From Bugula neritina (Eukaryota; Animalia; Bryozoa), in the NCBI GenBank assembly GCA_964035545.1, contig OZ037768.1:24337319-24401318 (forward strand): a stretch of 64,000 nt of DNA. The letters run 5' to 3'. This document shows, piece after piece, positions 1-14,337 of this stretch. The notes under the pieces are model-generated. The model was not told the DNA's origin and searched no databases. It saw only the letters and a program-made list of their open reading frames with translations. The translations under genes and the position numbers were made by a program. The stretch's first letter is position 1. The number at the start of each line of letters is the position of its first letter.

Positions 1-300
1 TACTATAAATAGACTGTGTGTATTATAAATAGACAGTGTATACTATAAATAGACAGTGTTACTATAAATAGACAGTGTATACTATAAATAGACAGTTTAT
101 ACTATAAATAGACAGTGTGTACTATAAATAGACAGTGTGTACTATAAATAGACAGTGTGTACTATAAATAGACAGTTTATACTATAAATAGACAGTGTGT
201 ACTATAAATGGACAATGTTTACTATAAATAGACAATGTGTACTATACATAGACAATGTTACTATAAATAGACCTAGTGTATACTATAAATAGAGAGTTAC
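1..300. repeat. Intronic minisatellite, ~20-bp unit TACTATAAATAGACAGTGTG (about 14 copies)
   Basis: Directly visible tandem repeat; runs off the left edge. Confidence 0.95.
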
Positions 301-338
301 TATGTGGTACTCCCTGTAAGTTGATATTGTGTGTGCAG

Positions 339-2091
339 GACCCAGGCTATGCCCAGCGAGTTTAATGTGGGGAGGAAACCTCTAGTCTCCAGCCGCACTT
401 CTCTCAATAGTCTTAGGAAAGCCTTTCTCCACAGGAAGCACGTGAGTAGATGTGAACTATTAAACTCTGCTGCGTTATTTATTTACTGAATTTGACAAAT
501 TTAAGAACATTTTATTCTTACATAACTTCATAGTAATTTAGACTCACTATTTTGTGGGATTTCTACTCAGGTTTGGTTGGTATCTTTTCATTCAATTTTT
601 TACTTTTAGTATTCCGATCACATCTTGCAAAGACAATGGCTGATGCAAGAAATCAGACGGGTTTTACTGGAACACGAACAAAGAGCAAACAAGTGGAATG
701 AGACAGTAAATAATTGTCACTTGGCCATCCACACACTGGAGGTGAGAAGATTAGATATGTTTTGACATGTGCTCAAGGTGAGCCAGGTGCTGACATGTGC
801 TTTTTCCAAGTGTCAGGAGAGGCCACCCAGTGTGTCACTTGTAATGTTTTACAAGCCTATAGTGTCGCCTGTCATGTATTGCTGACACGTCGTGGCAGGT
901 GGAGACTGAGTGGACTGACATTGTGCTACTCAACTACTTGTACACTCTGACAGAGCTGATGGAGAATATGATGGAGAGAGAGCACTTGCTATCACTTGTC
1001 TCACAGTGCCTCCTCTCCTTCAATGATGACATCTGTGTTGACAAGTCTGACAGAACAGTGAGTCACCCTTTCTACTGCAGTTTTCAATCATGACTCAGAG
1101 TTGGTTTCTCTTTGTTCGTGCCAGATTTCGCTAATAATTTAGGTTCAGGCACAAGAGCTCTAGTGAATAATGAAAACATACGAAGAGAAAAGTCAAGTGA
1201 ATAAACATATTTTTCTAATCAATAGAATCTGTCTGATTATTCACCACTTCGCAAAAGTGAATGTTTTTAAATGATTTATTTGTGTCATTTGATAGAAACT
1301 TTAGATTTTATTGATTACCACCAACCCAAGTAACTTCCTATTCTTATGGGATAGCTATGTTCAACTTTGTGTTTATTTGTTACTACTCTAAGGCTGCCCT
1401 CTTGCATGTAGAAGTGCTGAAAAACACATCTGAAGAACCTCATGATATTAGGCTGTGTAATATATTAATTTCTCGCAAGAGACTGGTTGATTAGTCAGTA
1501 GCTTCCCACATTCATGAGTCCTTTCAGAGTTGTTAGAAAGTTCTCGTGAATGTTTTGTGTCTGTCTAAGATCTTGTGGAACTGCAGCTGAAACACTGAGT
1601 TACTCATTTCTAGTTTAATGGGAGACCAGCGTGGAGCCTGCTGCACCTCGTCAAGTCTAAAGTCGCTCGACACGACTCAACTCGCCGAGCTAGTAACTAC
1701 GTGGAAAAGGAGATGAGTATAGACAGAGGGTCAAGCAGCTCCAGAGCAACTGAGTCCGGGTGGGTCACTGTTGACTCTCTGAGTAATGTGATGAGTGGTG
1801 TACAGAACTTATACTATTTCTCTATCTGCTTCTGCTCTCCTATGTTACTTCACCTGCTGTGCCACCAGGCCACCCACACTGCTGGCCTGGCCACCCACAC
1901 TGCTGGCCTGGCCACCCACACTGCTGGCCTGGTGGTGCAGACACATTGCCGTATGACTCATTGGTCCTGTGACATATTTTAGGAGTATCGGCGCTATGGC
2001 TCCTGTTGGAGCGCAGAAAGACGACAGCTTTGAGAAGATGCTCTTTGGTCCGAGGAGATCATCTATGGGAGCATTCAGCCCGGACCCGTAA
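339..2091 (+). CDS. 3' part of an unidentified multi-exon protein-coding gene (exons ~339-441, 610-741, 899-1057, possible small exons between, 1614-1759, 1983-2091)
   Basis: AG/GT-bounded segments with matching phases read ...RKAFLHRKH|YSDHILQRQWLMQEIRRVLLEHEQ...HTLE|VETEWTDIVLLNYLYTL...DRT, then FNGRPAWSLLHLVKSK...ATES G SIGAMAP...FSPDP*. AATAAA at 2174 and 2181. No family recognised. Confidence 0.7.
1860..1932. repeat. 21-bp tandem repeat (GGCCACCCACACTGCTGGCCT x3), intronic
   Basis: Visible tandem; source of the spurious ORFs 1701..1982 and 1845..2105. Confidence 0.85.
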
Positions 2092-2556
2092 CCCCGAGTC
2101 TTCATATCAGCTCTCTGTGGTAGATGTGCTGTGTGTATGTTACCAGTTCATGTATTTATTGGTTATCAAATATAATAAATAATAAACTAAATATAAAGTG
2201 TATTTTTTATCTTTATTTATAAAGCTAAAGTTTAATCATTAGAAATAATTTATTACGCTGGACGGAATGAAATATCTTATAAAAATAAATCTAAAGAATA
2301 AATTCACTCAAAGGAAGATTTCTGTAATATCAGCTGATTGGCTGAACCTGAACCAATGAAGTGAGAGAATGAGGTGTGTCTAGCACAATACCACGTAACA
2401 AACTCGTCATCACTAGTATACCCTGTATACCCTAGGATATTATAGTATAGTTTAGTATAGTATATATTGATTTAGTTGCATTGATTGTCATTGGCTGAAA
2501 TTCATATGAAATGACCGAATTTCATTTTGATTGGCTCATTATATGCTGAGTATGGC

Positions 2557-5500
2557 TCAGGCCATAAGAGAGCGACGAGGCACCATGGTCTCCGTTAGCT
2601 GCTCCACTGCTGCCGCCAGGTCCTGAGAACCAAACATGCTGACTCTGGCCAGTCTGCGGTGAGGCACGTGTCTGCTGCTCACCTGACCGTCCCCTGACTC
2701 CGAGAATATTGTGTGGAAATCTATCTCTAAATTGGAGTTGTAGGGGTGAAGGGCTTTCAGCTCTTTGATGCGAGAAAGCACCTCCTTTACTGTTCTCTGT
2801 CAATTACATAGAATACACACTTTACACCTTCACTACGTAACTCCCTGCAGTGTCCTACAGTCGATATATCTGATTACCCTCCTAACTCATACTAAACTGA
2901 AAACTTGCTGTCAAATATGCAGATTTAGTTTGTGCTTATCTCAAAAATATTCAACAGAAGAAGATGTGCGCTATTATATGGCGGTTAAACACCGTGTTGA
3001 AAAGTAAAATCTTTAAGCTAAAGTAAATTTCTTATTTGTATGCAAATTGCTAAAGGTTTTCCATAATGTAAAGAAAAAGGTGTTTTATATTCGAAGTGTG
3101 TTTTCTAAAAGGAAGGCTGACAAAAGTATTTGGGAGAAGTGTCATTAGAGTCTCAGAAGCTTTCATAAATTCACTTAATCTTCTCATTTTAAGCGTTAGT
3201 AAATTCAATAAATCTCAAAATCAAGACGTCTGAATGAAACTGTCAACTCACCTTCCAATTTCTTACGGCATCTTTTCTCTGTTTTGATTTAGTTTTGGTT
3301 GCTGTTTTGATAACCATTAAACCTCTAAAATCTATTTTCCCTTCCACAGCTTCAGCTGTAACAAACAGACAAACAAATGCTGTTGAAGAGTGTCTAAAAT
3401 TTAAATTCGCAGTTGAGAAAATTAGATAAGCAATGAGTTTATGTGGTGCACATTTTTCTATAGAATGTTGTAATAATATAAATATAGTATACTCACGATA
3501 TAAGCCTTTGTGAATATCAAGAGGGTTTTCTATTTTAACCGAGTATTTTTGTTGAAATTTAAGCAAATCCTCTTTGGAGAAAGTTTGTTCCAACATGATG
3601 ACGATCTTTGCCCACTGGTGGATCCAGTCTTTCTCTGATTTGATGATGATTTTGTCAAACGTGGAGGCCATCATGGCTATGAGCATGTTGATAAGTAGGA
3701 TGGGCATTATGAGCATGAACAATATGAACACTATCATAGTGAGTAGCGGGTATTCAGTCATCTTGAACTCGTCGTACTACAACCAACCCGTTAGATAGTC
3801 AGTACGTAACATCAGTATTACACAATGTACGGAGAGGTGAACCGTAGAGTGGAACTGAATTATATACTCTAATAACGCAAGAATTATTCTATCAAACAGG
3901 AAATACCTCAAACTCGCCGAAAGTAAAGTGCACCAGTGATGTCACAGCTCCAAGAACTGTCTTGAACGTCTTGACGCTGCTATCATCTATGGTCTTATAC
4001 ATCCGATAGAAAGCTGCAACACAGTTTAGTGCTTGTACTTACTATCTGTACGTACTTTATATACTTACTATCTCTACTTACTCTATATACTTACTATCTG
4101 TACTTACTCTATATACTTACTATCTCTACTTACTTTATATACTTACTACCTGCATGTACGTACTTTATATGCATTATAATGATACTCACTTGATTTATGT
4201 ACTTATGTACTACTAGTAATTACTGATGGTACACCGACTATAGATAAACAGAACAAGCTACTTACAGATAGCAAAGCCGATGTACATCACAACGACTATT
4301 GTAAGGAATGGCAGAAGGTCTTTCTTAATGTAAATGAAGAAGATGTTGATCAGTGGTCCAATGTGAATTGTTACCCTGCAAAATACAGCACACAGTGCAC
4401 TCTACATACAGGAGGTGTACGAGGGCTATGTGAGAACAACTCCAGTTAACATTAAAGTTGTTTCGGTCCACATCAATAGAGTTTATATTTATTAGTTAGC
4501 TTTGACCTTCACATTTCTGTAGAATACAATTTGAAATATGATATAATTGAGAAAAAATGAAGATATTTACTTGTGAGGGCCAGATGGGAAAGCGACTCCA
4601 CCAATAGACTAAAGTTACTATACAATAGCAATCCTACTTACTTGACAAAAAAGAGTATCATAGTCCAAGTCAAGGGAAGAGCTAATATAAGTAAAGTTTC
4701 TTCTGCTTGCCTGAGTTTGAATATTATATCTTTGTTAGAGAGGTGGGGCATGCTAGCCAGCCTTACTGGCACTACGGCTAGCTGTAGAATGCAGCCTATT
4801 AGATAGAGCGCTTTGAAAGGAGCATTTGTCTAAAACAAATAAAAGGAACAAACTGAAAAAATATCTTAAATCTTGGATATATAAAATTCAAATTTCAAGA
4901 AAGCTATCAAAAGTATGAAAAACATTGCAGTAAATTTAGGCATTCAAAATTACTCACAAGGTTGGCAAATGAAGAATAGACACCAAGAAACCTTATTTCC
5001 TGTGTGTGTAGAAAAAGTACAACTACACAAACTAAGACTGTACAGATCTCTGTAGCGAGTCTAGCTTTGTCATTTCTAGTTTGAAGCAACTGAACTTCAG
5101 TGGAGGGTCTCAGCCAGACGGAAGCTGTTAGCATTATCAGGTGGAATATCAGGAAACACAGTCGGAGGAAAAATCTCTTCTGTTAACAGAAAGTAGATAA
5201 CTCCTAGTAGAGCAGACAACTGACAGTAGAACAGACAACTCCTGGTGGAGTATTTTCTTCCAAACACCTTTTAAAATCTAAACATTTTTATTAAACATCG
5301 AACAGTTTAAAAAGCTGCTTATACATGGTCACATGTGTAGAGATTTCCTGAATCTACAAACACTGTCCAACATATTGAAAGAAAATGCGTGGCAATAAAA
5401 CAAATGTTGACATACAAGTATAAATATGGCATTTGCTTTCTTTAGTAAATTATACGGAGTTACTCACCTTTGCGAAAGTTTTCCACTTTTCATCTAGGAG

Positions 5501-6379
5501 TTGTCTCAACACTCCAGACTGGAGCATATCTTTGTGTTGTTCAGTTTGTTGGTCTAATGTGATCATAAGAGAGGAATTCCAATCTGAAATATAAATTTGG
5601 ATGGTGAGACAAATCCCGTACTTTTGATAAATAATTACAGTTCAAAGGTCAATCTTAACAAAGTAAATATTTCTAACAAATTCCAGATAAGTAACATATG
5701 CATATAAATTATTAATTTACAAAATGGCAGTTTCTATAAATGCATTGTATATTGTACAGTTGCTAGATGTCTTTACAATATATGTTATATATATACTATA
5801 TACTGGCTGCTAGTCATGTGACATATATCATATTTCTATTCAGCGATTGGCTACTACAATCTAGGTAGACATGTAATTTACTCACTCATTCCACCATTTG
5901 GTCCAATTGTGTCCACAGCGAGAATAGGGTAGATGGAGCAATGGACATTGCTAAACCTCCACAGCTCCATTTTCTGCAACTCCATGATCTCTGCAAACAC
6001 TTGATGTCTACCCAGTCTGTTAGCAAGAGCTAGAGGAGTTAAGCCGTCTACTGTGTGTTCAGTTCTGTTAATACAAGATTAAAGAAAAATAAACCAACTG
6101 TGAGACATCTTTGGTTATCAGGTCTCTTTCTCTTCCTCTCCTCTCCCACCCACTCTCTCTCTCTCTCTCTCCCACCCACCCTCTCTCTCTCTCTCCCAGC
6201 TACTCTCTCTCTCTTTCTCCCTCCCTCCTTCCCTCTCTCTCCCTCTCTCCCTCCCTTCCTCCCCCTCTCTCCTTCTCTCCCTCTCTCCCACTCTCTCTCT
6301 CTCTCCCACCCACCCTCTCTCTCCCAGCTACTCTCTCTCTCCCCCTCTCCCCCTCTCCCCCTCTCCCCCTCTCCCCCCC

Positions 6380-6417
<38 letters not shown>

Positions 6418-9400
6418 TTCTCGAAGTAGCAAAACAAATAGTTTGATAATTAATCTTCACCTTAGAAAGTTTTTCTTCCAGTGGTCAGCTTTCTTCAAAG
6501 GATGACGTGCGGCGTATGAATACATGCCTCGTTTGTCCTTGATGACCACCATGTGGAGGACCGTGTTACCAAAGGAGTCTTGTAGGTTGGGGTCGGCGCC
6601 CTTTGATATCAGGTAGTCGTAGATAGACTCAAGTTCTAGACAGGCTGCGAAGGCTAGAGGGTACTCCCCGTAATACGCATCCCCTGTGCCACAGTGAAGG
6701 TCAAATCAAGGTCATACATGTTGGATGGCTGATCTGTACTACATTTAATGTTATCAACGTTTTTCAATTTAACCTAACATCTTGGGTAATTAATGTGACT
6801 AAACACATAATAAGGGATAAATTACATGACATGTCACAATTTAAATAATGTGACCAAATGATCATAAAAAGCACAATTTAGACAGTCATAAAGTAGAAGT
6901 TGTAAACCATTCCCGGAGGGACAAATCTAAAAGCTGTACCCACACATCTGCTTGTCTTACCTTCATAGTCAGTTACAGCAGCTTTGGGAGTAGTTTTCTG
7001 ATCTTCTGGTAGAAAGAACCTGCCAGTTGCTCGTTGATTAACATTAGCACCTTTTTCCACCAAGAGCTTCACAGACTCGAGGTTGCCGTGGACCACAGCA
7101 AAGTGAAGGGCACTTTCACCTGCAGTTTATCAGCGGGTTTAACAAAGAGCAAATGTGACAAGCATAATTATTTCAGTTTTATTACATAATGGAATACCTG
7201 AGCACTTTCAACTTAAATGCTACATAAACAGTTAAGAATTTAGGACAAGCAAAAAATCATAAACAGGAATGCCTACAGCTTAGCTGCTTTTGTAGTGACT
7301 TTCACAGTGACCTTCACAGTGACCTTCACAGTGACCTTCACAGTGACCTTCACAGTCCTGTGCTAAATACTCTGAATTGCTAAATTTTTTGTCCAAAGAA
7401 TTGTAGAGATAATAATTTGAACAGCAGTCTACAGAAAGTAGACAAACTGATTGTTGCATTTGATTCGTTAATTGTAAGCGTGTCACGGCTTACCGTAATA
7501 CTCTTCTGCTTCATAGATGTCTAACACAAGTTTGGGGTAGAGGTCAAGAAGAATCTTGGCGATTTCCAAATGCAGGAGAGTATTGTTGAGGTAACAGAGA
7601 TGCAATGCAGTCTCCCCCACAGCGCCTCGGAACTCGAGATCCCAACACGCCTCGTGATCCGTGAACCGTATGAGCTCATGCTTCCTGTAGTCAACTTCCG
7701 TGTCAACTTCCTCTGCGGCTTCCAACAGGCCTTCAGCCTTTCTAGGCTCTGTCTGTCAACAGAAATGAGTTTAGAGGTCAATTTGAAAATTACAAGTATT
7801 AAAAATAGAAATAACTAGTCAAAGTACAACATTGCAATCTCTATTTTCTATGTTCATTACAAAAATGAAATCTATATGCTAGTATTTAGTGTAGAGTGTA
7901 AGATATTTTCTCTAAGTAAATAGAAAATATTATATTGTAATCATTTCATTGTAACATTTAACACAACTCATCCAAATGTTCAAATTTTTTTTTTTTTTTG
8001 TTTACTTGTTTTGAATCTCTAACTGCCTGCTTGCATCTTGATTGGATCAATAATAACAAATTTAACTATAGTTATAAGTCTATTGAACAGTTGACTGCTA
8101 AAAAGGTTTTCATAAGTTTTATATATCAACATAATTCTATTTCTTATTAAGTGTTGAAATGAATATAATACATTATAATAGTCTGTGTGCTTAGTTTCAC
8201 TTGAGCTAATTGAATACAAGGCTGAGAGTATTTGCTGCCGTTGCCACCAGCATTATATAACAGTAGCATGTTACTGTCAACCAGAGTTATTGATCTACGC
8301 TAAGTCAGCTGTGCAAACTATTGTGTAAACGCATAGCCCTTTCCTGCTGCCATTCAAAAGAATAATGAATAAAATATAAGAATACATTCTACATTTTAAT
8401 AAAGAATCAATTATATGATAGATCACACAGGAATTTAGTGCATAGAAAGTGAAGAAAACAGATTTATAATAACTGTAGCTGCATGCATTCCACAAGTTAG
8501 AGAATGAAATATTAGCACACAGTTGAACACAATCAACAGGCAAAGCATAATATCTCTAGTTAGATTCATCAGAAGCGCCAACAGAAATTATATAATCTAT
8601 TATAAAAATGAAAATATATATTGTTAGCAAATTTTAGTAACAAAACATCCACTGTGAAACGTGTTTAAACTTAACATTAAGTTACATTGCATATCTAAAT
8701 GCTGTCATTTCTATTTCTACAAACTTGTGGGGAGAAAAGGAAATGTTAGAAGATTTCACACCAGAGCAAACTTAGAAACTCTGTAAGAAGCTTTAAGTCA
8801 CACAATTAACATATATAGGGACACCCCTATAGACCCCTACCTCTCCATATAAATTGTCAAATCTGGTCCTCCACTATGAATAGCATAAACAAATACATTG
8901 ATAATATATATATGCATAATATGCATAATATATACATATATAACATACATACATCTATTAAATACATACATCATAATATAATATACATAAAGAATATAGT
9001 ACAATTCAACATCTCAAATGAAAACCTTTCCCATTATAAGTATAGCTTTAGGACATTCAATGTTGCTATAAGAGTTATACATGTATATAAGCATATTATA
9101 GGTAGTAAGTTAGTACACAGCTTTACAAACCAGTTTGCAATCATTTGCATCTTCTGCCACCTAAAAAATTTTATATCCTCAAAAAGTTTGGATTTTCTTG
9201 ACTTAAAACATGTATGTGCACCAGAAAAATAGACTAAGTTACTAGTGATGGGAGGGGGTAGTAGAGAAATAGACTGAGTTACTAGTGATGGGAGGGGAGT
9301 AGAAAAATAGACTAAGTTACTAGTGATGGGAGGGGGTAGTAGAGAAATAGGCTAAGTTACTAGTGATGGGAGGGGGTAGTAGAGAAATAGACTGAGTTAC

Positions 9401-10392
9401 TAGTGATGGGAGGGGGAGTAGAGAAATAGACTGAGTTACTAGTGATGGGAGGGGGTAGTAGAGAAATAGGCTAAGTTACTAGTGATGGGAGGGGGTAGTA
9501 GAGAAATAGACTGAGTTACTAGTGATGGGAGGGGGAGTAGAGAAATAGACTGAGTTACTAGTGATGGGAGGGGGTAGTAGAGAAATAGACTGAGTTACTA
9601 GTGATGGAAGGGGGCAGTAGAGAAATAGGCTGAGTTACTAGTAATGGAAGGGGGTAGTAGAGAAATAGAATGAGTTACTAGTGATAGGGAGAGAGGATAA
9701 AACTTGCCTAGGATCTCATAGTAGAAACTAATTTAACCTAAGCACCTCAATTTGCTCGACTAAGTAAAGGGGGGCTCTTACCGACTGCCCGTCTTTCATG
9801 CGACCCATCCACTTGCAGTAATCCTTGTGTTTGATGACGTCTGAACTGTTCCCCTTGTGGTAGAGGTAGGCACTGACGTTCTGTATACACTCCCTCCTCA
9901 CAGCCTCTGGCCCCTCGTCTTCGTATAGCCTCATCAGGTCCCCAGTCTGCATTATATTCACCAGCTTGTAGACTGGGTTCTCCGCTACTTCCTGTAACAA
10001 AGGAGAGGATATCTACAGGAAATGCTATACAGTGTGTATCTACAGATATAACATCCTGTACAGTGTGTATCTACAGATATAACATCCTGTACAGTGTGTA
10101 TCTGTAGAGATGTTGATATGCATCTAGCTGCAAAATGCTTGGAAATATAAATTTATAGAAAATGGTTTTTATCCAAGTTTTGTGGCTGGCATGCAAGTTT
10201 TTACCATAACAAACTTCAAGAAATAATGATTTGACATAGGAAAGTGTAATACTGTTCTATTAAATATCAAATAGAGAATACACCATGTTTTGGTGATGTG
10301 ATATTTCGTACCATATTCTGCGCCCGCCATGCCTTCTCCTTGTCAATATTTTCTTTGTGATGGAAGCAGTGCCAGCAGCTGAGTGAAGCCAT
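2557..10392 (-). CDS. TRPV cation channel, OSM-9/Inactive-like (ankyrin repeats + 6TM + TRP box), about 14 coding exons
   Basis: First coding exon 10312-10392 ([13 protein letters not shown]), then 9782-9991, ~7494-7752 ([18 protein letters not shown]), ~6960-7118 ([14 protein letters not shown]), ~6461-6683 ([29 protein letters not shown]), ~5886-6064 ([19 protein letters not shown]), ~5468-5584 ([11 protein letters not shown]), TM exons, S6/TRP box ([25 protein letters not shown]), last exon 2557-2796. Motifs resemble OSM-9/Iav more than Nanchung/OCR. Confidence 0.93.
6125..6421. repeat. CT-rich polypyrimidine microsatellite in a TRPV intron
   Basis: (CT)n/(CCCT)n tract; explains the low-complexity ORFs at 6048-6460. 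Confidence 0.95.
7294..7356. repeat. 12-bp tandem repeat (GTGACCTTCACA x5)
   Basis: Visible tandem in a TRPV intron. Confidence 0.9.
9225..9690. repeat. ~39-bp G-rich minisatellite (AAATAGACTGAGTTACTAGTGATGGGAGGGGGTAGTAGAG), about 12 copies
   Basis: Visible tandem in TRPV intron 2. Confidence 0.95.
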
Positions 10393-11035
10393 TTTGTAGT
10401 TTTATTTAGTTTCTGTGGATACTTCCAGTGGTGTTACTAGCGCCATTTCCCCAGCTGAGTGTATTTACACGCTGTCACACTCTAGCTGCCACACGCTGTC
10501 ACACTCTGTCACAAGCTGCTGTAATCTTCTAAAAGACAGTTAGATTGTTACCATAAAATAGTGGAAGGGATAAAAGAGTCCTTCATTTACTTTTCTATTC
10601 ACTCATATGCAGCTTATGGAAAGCATTCGATGCAACCTTCCAAACTGATTCAAAGAAAAGGTTTTAAAAATAAGGGTAAAGTTCTCTCAAGCTAAGGGAA
10701 TGATACTTTAAAATTACTAAATTTTAATTCTAAATAGATTGAGCACCAAGAGCAGCTGCAGAATGGAGTGTTTCTGGTCACCCTCAATATGTACATCTTT
10801 ATAAGTAAACAGTCTGCGGCTTACATGGCAATAAAGATCTGTTTTAGCCTTGAGGAAAAGGCAATTATAGACATTAGAACAAGGGGTAGTGTCCAGTGAG
10901 ACAAAAACGTAGCTAAATTTAGGAAATACTCTCATTGCAGAATTGCATAACTTTGTTTTAATGCTACAATATGACTCATACAGTGGGAGTTATGCCTCCT
11001 GGTAAATATATACGTACTTAGTGAACCACCTGAAC

Positions 11036-11200
11036 TCATAGTGTCACAGTGTATAGTGTCACAGTGTCGTATAGTGTCACAGTGTCATATAGTGTCATAT
11101 AGTGTCATAGTGTCATATAGTGTCATATAGTGTCACAGTGTTATATAGTGTCACAGTGTCATATAGTGTCACAATGCCATATAGTGTCACAGTGTATAGT
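11036..11200. repeat. Degenerate TAGTGTCA(CA/TA) tandem repeat
   Basis: Visible tandem. Confidence 0.85.
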
Positions 11201-13249
11201 ACCCTAGTGCAACACTCACAATTGTGTTATTAGAATTTTATCAGACCACAACAGGTGTACTGTATTTATAAACTACCAGAATTATAAAGTGCTATATGAG
11301 TTAGAAGCAATTAGTAAAAGTTCTCTATTGCTGTTCATAGCTACAACATAAAACACTAGTAGAGAGCCTATCTGCAAATATTGACGTATCTAAGGTATTG
11401 GGGAAGAATAATGGCCGTATAAATAATCCAAAATCAATCTTACAGTACGCAGCCTTCATGTGCAAACAATTTCTGGATAGAAGAGGTTTATATAATATAT
11501 ATTCTACACATTCCTTCAGCATAGTATACTTATTAGCATAATATTGAATTCCACAACTTCCAGCAAAAATAAATTAAATATACTAAAATTAGCAGTCATT
11601 CTATAAATAGATTTGAATCCAACTTTTTCAAGTGAATGTTTTCTTGAAATTTTGAGATTTCCAAGCCTGTCCTTTCCTCTCTCATTTTTTATACTAAAAT
11701 TTATAGATGATGTCCCCAGTTTATCCTACAAGCTGTATTATGAAAGTTTATAGTCTAAATTTAAGTCAAAAGTTTCACTAGAACAGCTGTAAATGCGTAT
11801 CATGTGAGTAGAATTAAATGATGGTAATTGTACTCGTACTTACTAGAAATACTCAAATTGAGTGCCAGTGAGTCACAGTGAGATTGAGTCACCTGTAAGT
11901 CAGCAGTGAGGGGGAGACAGAGTCAGCAGTGAGGTGGAGACAGAGGCAGCAGTGAGGGAGTATAACTAAGTCAGCTGCTGAGAGAAAGTAATACCAGCTC
12001 TTTCTATTAACAACCACACCACGTTTCAGAGTTAGTATAGCTACTGTTTACTGTCCTACTATTAAAGTATGACTGTTTATTTGATACTAAGTTGATAGAG
12101 CCTACGTTTCTATTAGCTATTAGTTGGTGTGTAGAACTTATCTTGAGCCTTTCGTGTTGATAACAAAACTAACTGCCGTATTGACTTAAGGCACTAAACA
12201 AATCTATAGCCATTGATTATTCACTTTCAGTACTATTGTTGTAGTCACCTTCTCTTTGTATTAACTCATTCAATAATATTAGCAGTGAACAGTAAAAACT
12301 CTGCTTTAAATTTATATAAAATGTATTCATGTGTGAGAAACATTTTCAAATATAAAAGCAGCTGTGTTCATGTCTAAAATATACCAGAGTCGTTTTCTAT
12401 TGAATAGAGAGCACAACTCTCACTTTTATACATAATGCTATAATATACACAGTAGATACATTCTGTATAGTACATAAAGTAAATACAGTATATCTAGTAT
12501 ACATACAGTAAATACTTGCACTACAAGTAATACTTACCAATAACCTTGAGGTAATTTAAACCTCACTCCATTCTAACAAGTTTACTGCATCCCTGCAAGT
12601 CCAAAGCTGTTCCAAAGCTTTTTTCTCTACTAAAAGCTGTGATGTCATAACTCCAACCAATTCTATCAAAATAGTTTTTATTAAATATTAGTGGATAATA
12701 TTTATTCAGCTTTTTTTATTTACTTTTTGTCAATAAATGTTTTGAGATTAACAAACGTCAGAATAATTTGCTGAATGAAAGCAATGCATAAGCATTTCCG
12801 TAGAAATAGCAAAGTTGTATGTTCTGGGAGCTGTAAAGTCATATAAATGTATTTTCACAGCATCCTTTGAGTTGAATGAATTTTTTTAAACTTGTCAAAA
12901 CAACATCTTGAAGTAAAACAGAATTCTCCGGCAATTTTGATGCCTGAAGTCACTTATTTAAAAAAATTGTCAGTTTCCAGTTGAAGTACTGATTAAGATA
13001 AGATTGTAAATGAACTGACTATAACAGGGGTGTACTATGTACTGACTAACAGGGGTGTACTATGTACTGACTAACAGGGGTGTAACAATGTACTGACTAT
13101 AACAGGGGTGTACAATATATTGGTGATGGATTTCGAAACAGTCTTTGTAGAGAGTGATATGTTTATTTTATTGCATAAGTATTGAAAAAACATCTATAGG
13201 CCGTAAATATTTTAATAGTTATTTATATATTTATTACAGAGACTTGTTA

Positions 13250-13468
13250 TTATTTGCTCAGATAAAATATAGAAGCTTCAGTTACTTCATAAAGTACAAT
13301 GACAGCCAAAGCAATGGCAACACTCAGTTGCAGTATCCTGAAGAACTCATTGCGTTGAGCTCCTTGCTGTTGCTGCTTCTCTTTTTCCTGGCGTTTCCTG
13401 ACCTCCCCTTTTCTGTGGAGGACATTTTGTTGTTTTCTCATCTTGACGTAGTCTGGCAGCTCTTGTTT
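13250..13468 (-). CDS. Orphan terminal exon / small ORF: charged helix followed by a C-terminal hydrophobic (TM) segment, copy A
   Basis: Acceptor TTCCCCACACAG| then KQELPDYVKMRKQQNVLHRK...RNEFFRILQLSVAIALAVIVLYEVT...*. A paralogous segment at 25.8-26.0 kb has the same acceptor. Confidence 0.5.
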   Translation of the reverse strand, partial: KQELPDYVKMRKQQNVLHRKGEVRKRQEKEKQQQQGAQRNEFFRILQLSVAIALAVIVLYEVTEASIFYLSK

Positions 13469-14337
13469 CTGTGTGGGGAATTAATGTTTAGATAATTTTG
13501 TATCCCAACTATTTAAAACATTTGAATAAAGTTTTATATAAATTTTATAAACATTTTCAGGAGATTCAATAATTTTTTGTAAAGAACTTTCTAGAATGTA
13601 GTTTATTAGAGAATATTAACATTTCTCATCTTATATTTTGTTATACTACCACAGGTTTACAATCTAACTTATGAATATTTTATCAACAGTATGTTACAAG
13701 TTTTAAATGTTGAAATGGTAAAATGATAGTTCAACAATTTTGTAGCAAAAAACTAATAGCTATGTGTGAACAACTTATTATATCAATATACACAAAAGAG
13801 CTTTCAGAGTCTAGAAACTTCTATAGATTCTATAAATTTTCTACGGTATTTAGAAATATTTTGACATGAGAATTGCTACTCAACTATAATTCAAATACTA
13901 AACTAAACAGAATATGATTTTTGAGCAAAATAAAAGAAAGTATTGATTTATTTTGTATTGTATAGATTGTAGCATTGACTTGTGTCTTTTAGACTGACTG
14001 CATGACTTCCACTATTCTGTGTAACATATTCAATATGCTGAATGCCTGTAGTCACACCTCAGTTAGACTAAAATGAATGGCGGCTATGTATACTAATACT
14101 TATATGGAGTACAGATTGGTTGGATGTAACATTTCAGAAAATATGAACCAAAATAACATGTTCAAAACTGGTAGCACCTAAAATTAATATGAACTGGTCT
14201 AAATACACTGGTCCGGATACACTGGTCCACATACACAGGTCCACATAAACTGGTCCACATAAACTGGCCCACAAGCTTAAAGTGCACATGCCTAGTAGCT
14301 GCCAGGATAAAAGACACAAATTCAATGCAAGGAATAA

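Noticed and set aside
1-300. Array of TATAAAT boxes as a promoter
   Set aside because: Intronic minisatellite just upstream of an internal exon.
6064-6461. Apparent phase clash or non-canonical intron in TRPV
   Set aside because: Resolved by the upstream acceptor TATTAACAG at 6065-6067, which gives a canonical phase-2 junction.
9225-9690. G-quadruplex regulatory array
   Set aside because: Only two G-runs per 39-bp unit with long loops; nothing beyond composition supports a function.
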